Shown: one piece after another, positions 46,338 through 55,648 of the stretch
How positions within the stretch are numbered: position 1 is the stretch's first letter
Layout: each line of letters opens with the position of its first letter
Source: Candidatus Krumholzibacteriota bacterium
GTDB lineage: Bacteria; Krumholzibacteriota; Krumholzibacteriia; LZORAL124-64-63
Assembly (NCBI GenBank): GCA_039714075.1
Contig: JBDLKA010000004.1
Coordinates: forward strand, 25,782 to 89,781
DNA length: 64,000 bases
Direction of reading: 5' to 3'
Translations under genes and position numbers: made by a program
Notes under the pieces: model-generated
Database searches by the model: none
What the model saw: only the letters and a program-made list of their open reading frames with translations
Told to the model about the DNA's origin: nothing

Positions 46338-47489
46338 ATGTTCGACGTGACTCAGGTAGGTAGCTGGCCTCGCTCAAGAGACCTGCTGCGCGCCCTGCGG
46401 GACAAGCGGTTGGGGCGTATGTCCCGGGACGAGTTCGACAAGGTGGCCGACGAGGAAGTGCGCCGCTGCGTGGCCCACCAGGTGGAAGCCGGGGTGGACC
46501 TGGTTGTCGACGGCGAGCAACGGCGCGATAACTTCTACTCCTTCGTCGCCGACAAACTCGACGGCACCCGCCTGATGTCCCTGGCCGAGATGCTCGATAC
46601 CGTGGACGACAAGGCCGCCTTCGAGGAAATGCTTTCGACCCTGGATGTGCCGGCTTCGGCCATCCGCAATCCCACCTGCACGGGCCGGATCTTCCGCCGC
46701 GAACCGCTAGCTGTAGAAGAACTCAAGTTCGTGCAGCAAATTACGAACAAGCCGGTGAAAGTCACCCTGCCAGGGCCCTATCTCCTGACCCGCTCCATGT
46801 GGGTGGGTGCGTTTTCCAGGGCCGGTTACGACGACAAGGCCGAACTTGGGGACGACGTGGTGAAGATCCTGCGCGAGGAACTCGGGGAGCTGCGCGACGA
46901 GGGCGCCGCCTTCGTGCAGTTCGACGAGCCGGTCCTGACCGAGATCGTCATGAGCGAGGACAACGACCGCCGCACCTTCATGTGAGCCACCCTGGCCACC
47001 CGCCGTGATGCGGGTGCCGAGCTTGAATACGCGGCCGAGCTGATCAACCGGATCACCGACGGAATCGAAGGCGTCCGCACCGGTGTTCACGTCTGCCGCG
47101 GCAACTGGAGCCGACAGGAAGACGTGTTGCTGACAGGTGACTATCACGCGTTACTGCCCGCATTCGACGCCATGAAGATCGACCAGTTCGTGCTGGAATA
47201 CGCCACGCCCCGGGCCGGCGAGCTGGCCATTGTCGGCGAGGCCTTGAACGACCGGGAGCTTGGTCTGGGCTGCGTGAATCCCCGCACGGATGATGCCGAG
47301 GATTCCGCCGACATCGTGGCGCGCGCCGAAGAAGCCCTGCGGTACTACCGGCCCGACCAGATCTTCCTGAACCCCGACTGCGGTTTCGGTTGCTTCGCCA
47401 ACCGTTGCGTCAACGAAGAAGAGCACGCGGTGGCGAAATTGAAATCCATGGTCGGTGCTGCGCGAAAATTGAGGGAGCGGCATGGATAG
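46338..47489 (+). CDS. Cobalamin-independent methionine synthase (MetE catalytic domain)-like protein, 383 aa, probable selenocysteine at residue 216
   Basis: ORFs 46338-46985 and 47124-47489 share a frame, separated only by TGA 46983-46985. VGSWPR, DGEQRR, TLPGP and VQFDEP lie before it; Zn ligands HVC, E and PDCG lie after it; SECIS-like hairpin follows. Confidence 0.85.
46992..47021 (+). promoter_or_regulatory. Putative bacterial SECIS element
   Basis: Stem CACCCGC (46997-47003) / GCGGGTG (47010-47016), loop CGTGAT, extended by GG/CC and CT/AG pairs with bulges; starts 11 nt after the TGA. Confidence 0.72.
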
Positions 47490-47507
47490 GGTAGTGGGAA
47501 GGCCAAG

Positions 47508-48074
47508 TCAGGTCCAAAGGTGATCCACGGCCTTCACCAGGCGTTCGGGTCCATCGCCGTCGGGTGAGACGATCAGGTAATTGACGATCCCGATGTTGAG
47601 TGATGTGAGCAACTTGGCCAGGCCTTCGATGTCCACCGCGGGCGCGAGATCCCCCGCCTCCCGGGCGGCCCTCAGGTTGGCGAGATAGCGGCCCTCGGTA
47701 CCCTCGACCATGCTGGTCACCTTGGCGAAGGCGTCGCCGGGAACCACGAACTTTTCGCGGATGAGATTGACGGCGAAGCAGCCGTGGGTGGTGCCGAACT
47801 CGAGGAGCGCCTGGTAGGCATCCCGTATGTTCTGCAAACCCAGCGGCTTGCGGTCGTAGATGGCCGAAAATGACGCCAGCTCCTCCATATAGGCCGCCAG
47901 GGCCGCCATGAACAGCCCTTCCTTGCCCCCGAATTCCTTGTAGAGGCTGAACCGGTTGATCCCGGTGACCTCTACAAGCTCCTTCAGGTGGGTGCCTTCG
48001 TATCCCTTGGTCCAAAACAGCTTCATCGCCTTGTTCAGGACGTCGTCACGGTCGTATTTGCGTGGGCGGCCCAT
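47508..48074 (-). CDS. TetR/AcrR family transcriptional regulator
   Basis: MGRPRKYD..FWTKGYEGT..GINRFSLYKEFGGKEGLF helix-turn-helix. Confidence 0.92.
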   Translation of the reverse strand: MGRPRKYDRDDVLNKAMKLFWTKGYEGTHLKELVEVTGINRFSLYKEFGGKEGLFMAALAAYMEELASFSAIYDRKPLGLQNIRDAYQALLEFGTTHGCFAVNLIREKFVVPGDAFAKVTSMVEGTEGRYLANLRAAREAGDLAPAVDIEGLAKLLTSLNIGIVNYLIVSPDGDGPERLVKAVDHLWT

Positions 48075-48126
48075 TTTTTTTCCTCTCCCGGTTGGTTGTA
48101 TTTCAACAATTTACAATGATTCTGCG

Positions 48127-48204
48127 AGTTTGCAACCTATCGTTCTAAAAAAACTCTTGCGGACGGAATTAATCTTGATTAGTTTGACACCTATCGTTCT
48201 GAAA
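48127..48204. promoter_or_regulatory. Two putative TetR operator sites
   Basis: AGTTTGCAACCTATCGTTCTAAAA (48127-48150) and AGTTTGACACCTATCGTTCTGAAA (48181-48204) in the divergent promoter region. Confidence 0.7.
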
Positions 48205-48244
48205 CTAGTCAAGTCCCCTGAAATAATGAAAAAGAGGTACCAAA

Positions 48245-49192
48245 ATGGCGAACTACTCCTACGAAAAATGCTTGGCTTCTTCCTACAAGGTCAACTGGCG
48301 GATCGAGGACATCATCGGCGGTCGGGAATTCGATCGCAACAAGCACTGGCTGCCCGCGGCCGTCTCCGGTGAATCCCGTATCCAGGGGCTCTCGACCGAC
48401 GAGCGGCGGATGCTGACCCACGTCGAAATGGCCGCCTACACCCACCTCTTCGGCTACGTCGAGGAGTTCATCGCGCCCAAGGTTGCCGACCTCGCCAAGG
48501 AATACGAGATCGACGAACGCATCGCGTTCGACGCCTTGACGAACTTCGCAGCCGAAGAGGTGAAGCACATGAACCTTTTCAAGCAGCTGCGGGCCATGGT
48601 CGATGAGACCCTGGGTTTCGAGACCGACCTGATCGGAGGCCAGGCCGACACCGCCCGCTACGTGCTCAGCAAGAGCACGGGCGCGGTGCTTCTGCTGACC
48701 GCCTGTATCGAGTGGTTCACCCAGCAGCACTACCTCGAGGCCTTCCGGGACGACTCGGACCTCGATCCCTTCACCACCGACATCTTCAAGGCCCACTGGC
48801 AGGAGGAGTCGCAGCACGCCCAGATGGATCATATCGAGGCGGTGCGGGCCTTCTCCAACATGGATCGCATGCAGCGGGACGAGGCCGTGGACGACCTGAT
48901 CGAACTGGTCGGGGCGGTGGACGGCATGCTGCAGGACCAGGTCGAGCGAGACATGAAGAACTTCATGACCTACACCAACCGGAAGATGGATGCTGAAATG
49001 GCCGACGAGATGCGGCGAGGGCTGCTGAGCGCCAAGCGGTGGACCTTCATCGAGTCGGGAGTCACGCATCCCCGGTTCATGGAGCTCATCGAGGAAGTGA
49101 CCGACGAGAAGCAGCGGGAGCGCATCGGCGCCGCCTTGACGCCTCTGCTCGGCAACGAGCTGATGGCAGAGACGGCGGAAGATGCGGGATGA
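48245..49192 (+). CDS. Ferritin-like diiron protein (AurF/desaturase-like)
   Basis: E (YVEE), EEVKH, E (IEW) and EESQH diiron ligand pattern. Confidence 0.78.
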   Translation: MANYSYEKCLASSYKVNWRIEDIIGGREFDRNKHWLPAAVSGESRIQGLSTDERRMLTHVEMAAYTHLFGYVEEFIAPKVADLAKEYEIDERIAFDALTNFAAEEVKHMNLFKQLRAMVDETLGFETDLIGGQADTARYVLSKSTGAVLLLTACIEWFTQQHYLEAFRDDSDLDPFTTDIFKAHWQEESQHAQMDHIEAVRAFSNMDRMQRDEAVDDLIELVGAVDGMLQDQVERDMKNFMTYTNRKMDAEMADEMRRGLLSAKRWTFIESGVTHPRFMELIEEVTDEKQRERIGAALTPLLGNELMAETAEDAG

Positions 49193-49322
49193 GAAGGGCG
49201 GATCCCTCCCGGCGGCCGAAGTGTCGCCGGGAGCCCCCCGTTTCCACGCTTCCCGGCTGCAAGATGCAGAACATTATGGTAAATTATATTCAAATTCATG
49301 CTTGATCCCCGGGAGGTCGTCC

Positions 49323-51017
49323 ATGGAAGAACGAATCTGGCACAAAGCATACGACGCGGATGTTCCGCCCGATCTGGAAATCGAGAAGACGACCATACCC
49401 GACCTTCTGGAAGACGCGGCTGCCCGCTATCCCGAGGCTGCGGCGATCCATTTCATGAACCGCACCATGACGTATCGCGAGTTGCGCGATCATGTCGACC
49501 GCCTGGCCACCGCCTTGTCGGATCTGGGCGTGGGCCCGGACAGCAAGGTGGCCGTGCACCTGCCCAACCTGCCCCAGACCGTGATCGCAGTGTCGGCCAT
49601 CTTCCGCCTCGGCGCCCAGTCGGTGATGACCAATCCCCTGTACGTCGGCCGTGAGATCGAGCACCAGTGGAACGACGCCGGCTGCGAAACGGCGATCACC
49701 GCGAACTTCCTTTACGAGCGCCTGCTGAAGAACCGGCGCGACAAACTGCCGGTGCGCAACTACATCATCGCGTCGATTCCGGAGTACCTGCGCTTTCCGT
49801 TGAAGCAACTGGCGCCGCTGAAGTTGAAGAAAGCCGATCCGCCTCTCTATGCCAAGGTCGCCGCCGGCGACGGCATCCATTTCTTTTCGGACCTGATCGC
49901 CGGGACAACTGCCCGGAAACCGGATGCTGAAGTTCAGTTCGACGACGTGGCCATGCTTCAGTACACCGGCGGCACCACGGGCGTGGCCAAGGGTGCCATG
50001 CTGACCCACGCCAACATCACCAGCAACGTGGGGCAGATCGTCTCCTGGTTCCCCAACACCGTCCAGGGAAAGGAGGTGCTGCTGGCGGCGTTGCCGTTCT
50101 TCCACATCTTCGGTTTCACGACCTGCATGATGTGGGCCCATAAGATCGCCGCGGCCCTGGTCCTGGCGCCCAATCCTCGCGACATACCTGCGCTGATCAA
50201 GAGCATCAGTAAGCACAAGGTGACACTGTTTCCCGCGGTGCCGGCCATGTTCAACGCCATCAACCAGCATCCGGGCATCGAGAAAGTGGACATGTCCAGC
50301 ATAAAGAGCTGTTTCTCCGGCTCGGCGCCGCTGCCCATCGCCGTCCTGCAGCGCTTTGAAGAGCTGACCGGCTGCCGCATCGTCGAGGGTTTCGGCCTGA
50401 CCGAATCATCGCCGGTGACCCACGGCAATCCCATGCAGGGCGTGCGCAAGATCGGGTCCATCGGCATCCCTTTTCCCGGCACCGACATGAAGATCGTCGA
50501 TGCAGAAACGGGCAAGACCGAGATGGCCCCGGGCGACGAAGGCGAGTTGATCATCAAGGGCCCCCAGATCATGAAGGGCTACTGGAACCGACCCGATGAT
50601 ACCGACCAGGTGCTGCGCGACGGCTGGCTATACACCGGCGACCTGGCGGCCCAGGACGAGGACGGCTACTGCGTGATCGTCGGTCGCAAGAAAGACATGA
50701 TCATCGCCAGCGGTTACAACATCTACCCCGATGAGATCGACCGTCAGCTGATGGCCCACCCGGCGGTTCTCGAAGCCTGCACCATCGGCATTCCCGATCC
50801 GAATCGAGGCGAGTCCATCAAGTCTTTCGTCGTGCTGAAGCCCGATGCCACTGCAACGAAGGACGAGCTGCGGGAGTACCTGCTGGAGAACCTGGCGCGT
50901 TACAAGGTGCCCCGGGTTTTCGAATTTCGAGCGGAACTGCCCAAAAGCTCCATGATGAAGCTGCTCCGGCGCGAGCTGAGGGACGAGGAACTGGCGGCCA
51001 TGGGGAGCGAGGACTAA
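49323..51017 (+). CDS. fadD: Long-chain fatty acid-CoA ligase (FadD-like)
   Basis: YTGGTTGVAKG, EGFGLTE, GWLYTGD and GRKKDMII motifs; ATG 49323 after GGGAGG. Confidence 0.85.
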   Translation: MEERIWHKAYDADVPPDLEIEKTTIPDLLEDAAARYPEAAAIHFMNRTMTYRELRDHVDRLATALSDLGVGPDSKVAVHLPNLPQTVIAVSAIFRLGAQSVMTNPLYVGREIEHQWNDAGCETAITANFLYERLLKNRRDKLPVRNYIIASIPEYLRFPLKQLAPLKLKKADPPLYAKVAAGDGIHFFSDLIAGTTARKPDAEVQFDDVAMLQYTGGTTGVAKGAMLTHANITSNVGQIVSWFPNTVQGKEVLLAALPFFHIFGFTTCMMWAHKIAAALVLAPNPRDIPALIKSISKHKVTLFPAVPAMFNAINQHPGIEKVDMSSIKSCFSGSAPLPIAVLQRFEELTGCRIVEGFGLTESSPVTHGNPMQGVRKIGSIGIPFPGTDMKIVDAETGKTEMAPGDEGELIIKGPQIMKGYWNRPDDTDQVLRDGWLYTGDLAAQDEDGYCVIVGRKKDMIIASGYNIYPDEIDRQLMAHPAVLEACTIGIPDPNRGESIKSFVVLKPDATATKDELREYLLENLARYKVPRVFEFRAELPKSSMMKLLRRELRDEELAAMGSED

Positions 51018-51027
51018 GCGTACGAGC

Positions 51028-51066
51028 AGCACCTTCGGGATGTCGGAAATCGGCAGGCAAGTTCAA
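51028..51066 (+). repeat. 39-bp direct repeat, left copy
   Basis: 34/39 identical to 55540-55578. Confidence 0.85.
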
Positions 51067-51118
51067 CATCCTGCCAGAGGCGATGCCACCCACATGAATT
51101 GACGGAAAGGTACGCGAT

Positions 51119-53644
51119 ATGGGTTGGGGTTTACCACCCGCCAATAATACCGCCGACTTCATGACTCGCTTGGCTTATGTGCTCTCCGGGGGGCTGATCG
51201 GGTACTATTATCAAATCCACAGGGTTTTTCTGGACGCCACGACAAAGGGAATCCCGACCAGGACGGCAATGGGCTTTGTTGTCGGCGCCGGCATCGGGCT
51301 ACTTTTTTGTCTGCTGATGAAAGCTGTCGCCGGTTCGCAATTATACCGAGTCCTGAAGAAATCCCTCGGAGCATCCACAAACTTCCTGATCTACGCGGCC
51401 TCCGCCTACCTGGCGTATATTCTTCTCAAGAATTCGCAGACGGTATTCCGGTCGGAGTCACACGTTTACGACATTTTGGCTGTATACCCTTTGTTTGCCG
51501 CATTGGCTTTGGTTGCGGCGCTGACGATCAAACACAAGACCCGAAATCCGTTTGCGGTTTCGTCTTTGTTCACTTTCCTGGTTTTCGCATCGTATATCGC
51601 CATAAAGACGGGTACCGTTACAGGCTTGGGCATCGCACTGGTCTATTATCTCTACTTGTTGGTGCTGGGACGTTTCATCGCCGGCGGAATCGCCAAGATC
51701 GTACGCATGCCGCTTGATACTCCGCTGGAGACGCTCCTTGTCTCCTTTGTCTCCGGGATCCTGGGCAACTACGTGTTGTGGTACATCCTGGGACAGCTGT
51801 TTCTCCTGTATTCCGCCACGGCCTATTGCGTCGGGTTCCTTGTATTGGGAAGTGGTGTCCTCCGTTATGGGCGCTCCGCACTTCGGGGCGCCAAAGCAAC
51901 AATTCATGTCGCGGCTGATTTACTGGACAGGAGAACCGACCATACCGCATCCGTTCTCGCCAACGTGACTCTATTCGTCCTGCTGCTGTTGATCGCAGTG
52001 TTGACGATTCGATTCCCGGGCAGCGGTGACTCGGCTGCCCGCATGTACTGTGCAACCGTGTTCAAGTTCACCGAGATGCACGGCTTTGTCTTTCCTCCGT
52101 TCTTTCAGCATTGGCCTTTGCTTTACCAGCCTCTACTGCTCGAGACCACCGGCCTGCCGCTCTATTTGACCGGCGGCATCACCGCCTTGCGTTTCTTTCA
52201 TGGGACGATCTATTTCAGCTTCATTCCATTTCTCGTGCTGCTCTGCAGGAGGCATGACCTCCCCTTTCGCACTATTGTCATATTTACCCTCATAGTCGTT
52301 GCTTCCAGTTTCTCGCTCCGCCTCGCCTACTTTGACAAACCCAGCGTCATCGCCTACCCGGCCGTTACGTCGTTGCTGGCCGTTTGCCTGGTGATGTTGA
52401 GATACCCGCGACCGTGGTATGCCGTGATCGCCGGGGCGCTCACCGCCATCATTTACAATTCCAAGCTCGTACTAATACTTGGCGCCGCCGCGGCCATTGT
52501 ACTGCTCACGGTTCATCTGGCCCTCAGCGGCTCGGTGAAGAACAACGGAGCGTGGCGCCGTGCCATCGCGGTGGCCCTTGGACTCTTTATTGTCGCCGCC
52601 GCGCCGCATGCCATCCAAAATACCTGCCTCCGCGGAAACCCCCTGCATCCTTTTGCCGCCGATGTTTTCCAAACGAGCCGCGATTTTCCGGAAGAGTTGG
52701 CGTTTGCCGAAATTCCCGGGGAGTTCTACCGGAAAACCATGCCCACAGCCATGCCTGCGGAGATTTCATCAATCAACCTCGACAAGTCCGAGGGGATGTA
52801 TGGACCATATGTTCATGACCGGTACGCTCCCAACAATCGCAAAGGCAGGTACACCCGGTACTCCGTGTCCGTGGTTGTGATTCTGGCGTCGGTACTAATG
52901 CCGGTATTCGTAATAATCAGACGGGACGTGATCACTGTTTTTTGCGCCGTATTGGCTGCCGTCAGTTTCTATTTCTGGTTCGGGTGGATCGGCGACGGAT
53001 TACGATACTCGACCTTTTTTCCCTGCATGGCCCTGCTGATTTCCATCCTTGTCAGCCGACCACTTCTCGGCAACCGCACGCTCGATGTCGTATGGCGATA
53101 CCTGTTTTATGGCCTGCTGGTGCTCTCTATTCCCATCGGAATCTACTTTACAGCCGCTGATCCCGGGACGGCGCACGTGGTCGACTCTCTGCTCAACCGC
53201 AGCGACAAACATAAATGGCTCGAGCCTGGAATTCATATGACGACGACCTATCTGCGGCAACACAGCGAGTCCAAACCGGTCCTGCTCGTCGCGGATATGA
53301 CGGTCACCCAGTACGGGTTCTTCCAGCCCAATTTCCTGTACCAACCAATTCACTGGCGTGACGACTTTTTCACGAACATGGTATATTTGTCGACAATCAA
53401 ACCGACTCACCTGATGACACCCGGGAGCCTCGACAACAGTTTACTGATCAAGCACTACCCTTTCCTCCGGGACCATTTGTCGCTTGAGAAAATCGTTCAC
53501 GAACCCGGGGTACATTTTCAACTGTATCAATTTGATGATGAGACTCCATGGGCGGAATACCATGCGGAGCATGTTCGAAAAGAGGCGTTTGTCCCCGGAC
53601 ATCTGAAGGATATCAAGAGATTCCTGAAGCGGTACAGGTCGTAA
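51119..53644 (+). CDS. Large polytopic membrane protein, possibly GT-C-fold glycosyltransferase-like
   Basis: Many TM helices; GNPLHPF loop; start uncertain (51119 or 51161). Confidence 0.65.
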   Translation: MGWGLPPANNTADFMTRLAYVLSGGLIGYYYQIHRVFLDATTKGIPTRTAMGFVVGAGIGLLFCLLMKAVAGSQLYRVLKKSLGASTNFLIYAASAYLAYILLKNSQTVFRSESHVYDILAVYPLFAALALVAALTIKHKTRNPFAVSSLFTFLVFASYIAIKTGTVTGLGIALVYYLYLLVLGRFIAGGIAKIVRMPLDTPLETLLVSFVSGILGNYVLWYILGQLFLLYSATAYCVGFLVLGSGVLRYGRSALRGAKATIHVAADLLDRRTDHTASVLANVTLFVLLLLIAVLTIRFPGSGDSAARMYCATVFKFTEMHGFVFPPFFQHWPLLYQPLLLETTGLPLYLTGGITALRFFHGTIYFSFIPFLVLLCRRHDLPFRTIVIFTLIVVASSFSLRLAYFDKPSVIAYPAVTSLLAVCLVMLRYPRPWYAVIAGALTAIIYNSKLVLILGAAAAIVLLTVHLALSGSVKNNGAWRRAIAVALGLFIVAAAPHAIQNTCLRGNPLHPFAADVFQTSRDFPEELAFAEIPGEFYRKTMPTAMPAEISSINLDKSEGMYGPYVHDRYAPNNRKGRYTRYSVSVVVILASVLMPVFVIIRRDVITVFCAVLAAVSFYFWFGWIGDGLRYSTFFPCMALLISILVSRPLLGNRTLDVVWRYLFYGLLVLSIPIGIYFTAADPGTAHVVDSLLNRSDKHKWLEPGIHMTTTYLRQHSESKPVLLVADMTVTQYGFFQPNFLYQPIHWRDDFFTNMVYLSTIKPTHLMTPGSLDNSLLIKHYPFLRDHLSLEKIVHEPGVHFQLYQFDDETPWAEYHAEHVRKEAFVPGHLKDIKRFLKRYRS

Positions 53645-53736
53645 TCACCCGTATTTCAGAAGTTTGATTCATAAATCACGTGTTATAATTTGAATTGTGA
53701 AATTTGAACGGCCGCCGAACACCCTGGATACCATAT

Positions 53737-55485
53737 ATGGAACATAGTCCGTCCGCACAAGTGGGCATCAATCACAAATCCAACTGGGGACCGATTGTTG
53801 GTTCACTACTCATCCCGGCAATATATTGCCTGTTGTTTTCCCAATTCCTGAAGTGGTTGCTGCCCGGTACCGAAACCAACGTCAACGCCGTATTCGTCAG
53901 CTACACCTGGAAAATCTTTTTCCTGGCCTCGCTGGGTGCATATCCGCTGTTTCTTGCGATCTGCAAAATTCGGAAAACCGCAATAAATGTGATCGAGCGT
54001 CGTAAGGACAAAATCTCCGTCGCCGACACCATCCTGATCCTGCTCCCTCTCACACCCGTTGTACAATATGTCGTGAACAATCAGGATATCCTGTCGGTAT
54101 CCGGCTCGCTGGCGGTCATCGCGGCCATGGCCGCCTTTTCGATCATATTGGTGTTGCTGATCCCGGCTTTGTTTTCGATCGTAGGTTCGCCCAGACCGCT
54201 GGCGCTTTTCGGTATGGCATACGCGTTCACAATCACGAACATGGCCTCTTTGACCGCCCATTCGAAATGGTTCGAGCGCGGTGAACTGAAGATTCAGTTC
54301 GCGCTCTTCGTGTCGGTTTTCATGGTTGCCCTGCTTCTCTACAATATCGTGGGCAGGAAGTTTACCCATTTCGTCGTCGGACTGTTTTTTGTCGCCAACA
54401 GCGTCAACGGTTTGATATCTGTCGACAGGAACGACGGGAATTTCGTTTCTGACCCCGTAGAGAACAAGATAACCGAGCTCATCGCCGACCGACGGCCACT
54501 CACGACCCCGAATATCTACTTTCTCGTATACGATGCGTATGTCGGCAGTGAAACAATGAACGGATATGGTATCGACAACAGCGCGCAGGAAGCCTATCTC
54601 ACAAAACAGGGATTCCAGTTCTATCCGCACGCGTATTCAATCAGCGCTTCTTCAATCCCCACCATCAGCCGCATATTCAATGTGTCGAGGTCGCTGCACG
54701 CCCAGCCGAGAAAGGCCGTATCCGGAGACGGGCACGCCCTGCGTCTTTTGCAGGAATTTGGTTACAAAACCCATGGACTATTCTGGAGCGACTATTTTTT
54801 CCAGAATGTCGGCTCGCATTATGACAGTTCATTTCCTGAACCCGCTGCCCCGGAGTGGATGCTCGTCAAAGCGATCTTCATGGGCGAGTTTCGTTTCGAC
54901 AGCCCATCCGACAACCCGCCGCGACAGGAATTCCTGGAAAGAAAAGTTGCTGTTTTCGAAAATAACGGAAGCAAGCCGAAATTCGTCTACATACATGACG
55001 ACCATCCCGGTCACAGCCAGAACTCCGGTATCTGCCTGCCCGATGAGACCGACCGGTTCATCAAGCGGTTGAAGGTCGCCAACGCAGAGATGAAGAGGAA
55101 TGTCGACCTGATCCGGCGGGCCGATCCCGAGGCCATCGTCATTGTCGCGGGAGATCACGGTCCCTATCTGACCAAGAATTGTACCGGCACCAGGGGCGAT
55201 TACGATATTGCGGAGATCTCGCGACTGGATCTCCAGGACCGGTACGGAACTTTTTTGGCCATAAAATGGCCCGATGAAAAATTCGAAAAATATGATGATA
55301 TCGTCATCATACAGGATCTGTTTCCGGTAATTTTTTCATTCCTGTTCGAAGACGACAGTTTCCTGTCGACAAAAATGACCCCGATCACGGGCTCCGCGTC
55401 CATCACGACCAGTGGCGCCGAGGTCAGGTACGGATTGATACGGGGCGGCATACATGACGGCGAGCCCATATTCCTGGGCCCATGA
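53737..55485 (+). CDS. Membrane protein with C-terminal sulfatase/alkaline-phosphatase-superfamily domain
   Basis: N-terminal TM helices; PNIYFLVYDAY, HPGH and IVIVAGDHG motifs. Confidence 0.78.
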   Translation: MEHSPSAQVGINHKSNWGPIVGSLLIPAIYCLLFSQFLKWLLPGTETNVNAVFVSYTWKIFFLASLGAYPLFLAICKIRKTAINVIERRKDKISVADTILILLPLTPVVQYVVNNQDILSVSGSLAVIAAMAAFSIILVLLIPALFSIVGSPRPLALFGMAYAFTITNMASLTAHSKWFERGELKIQFALFVSVFMVALLLYNIVGRKFTHFVVGLFFVANSVNGLISVDRNDGNFVSDPVENKITELIADRRPLTTPNIYFLVYDAYVGSETMNGYGIDNSAQEAYLTKQGFQFYPHAYSISASSIPTISRIFNVSRSLHAQPRKAVSGDGHALRLLQEFGYKTHGLFWSDYFFQNVGSHYDSSFPEPAAPEWMLVKAIFMGEFRFDSPSDNPPRQEFLERKVAVFENNGSKPKFVYIHDDHPGHSQNSGICLPDETDRFIKRLKVANAEMKRNVDLIRRADPEAIVIVAGDHGPYLTKNCTGTRGDYDIAEISRLDLQDRYGTFLAIKWPDEKFEKYDDIVIIQDLFPVIFSFLFEDDSFLSTKMTPITGSASITTSGAEVRYGLIRGGIHDGEPIFLGP

Positions 55486-55539
55486 CCTCACAACCGCTGA
55501 TCTTGCCGGTGCCAGGAACATCCCCGGCTACACATTTGT

Positions 55540-55578
55540 AGCACATTCGAGATGTCGGAAATTGGCAGGTAAGATCAA
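55540..55578 (+). repeat. 39-bp direct repeat, right copy
   Basis: 34/39 identical to 51028-51066. Confidence 0.85.
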
Positions 55579-55648
55579 ATTTCCCTTTTAATATTTTTCT
55601 ATGTTTGTCAAAAATTAAATGTTTCCCGTCAGGAATGGGCGGCCGGGT

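Noticed and set aside
46326..46340. The tusA-osmC TGA is also in frame with the MetE-like ATG (TGA GGA GAA TCA ATG), a possible second read-through
   Set aside because: The spacer is a well-placed GGAG RBS, the OsmC domain is complete, and I saw no comparable hairpin.
47124..47489. Separate 121-aa gene, or a MetE pseudogene in two pieces
   Set aside because: Same frame as the upstream ORF, and the intervening 46 codons encode the HVCRGN Zn motif. Read-through explains this better, though a nonsense mutation is not formally excluded.
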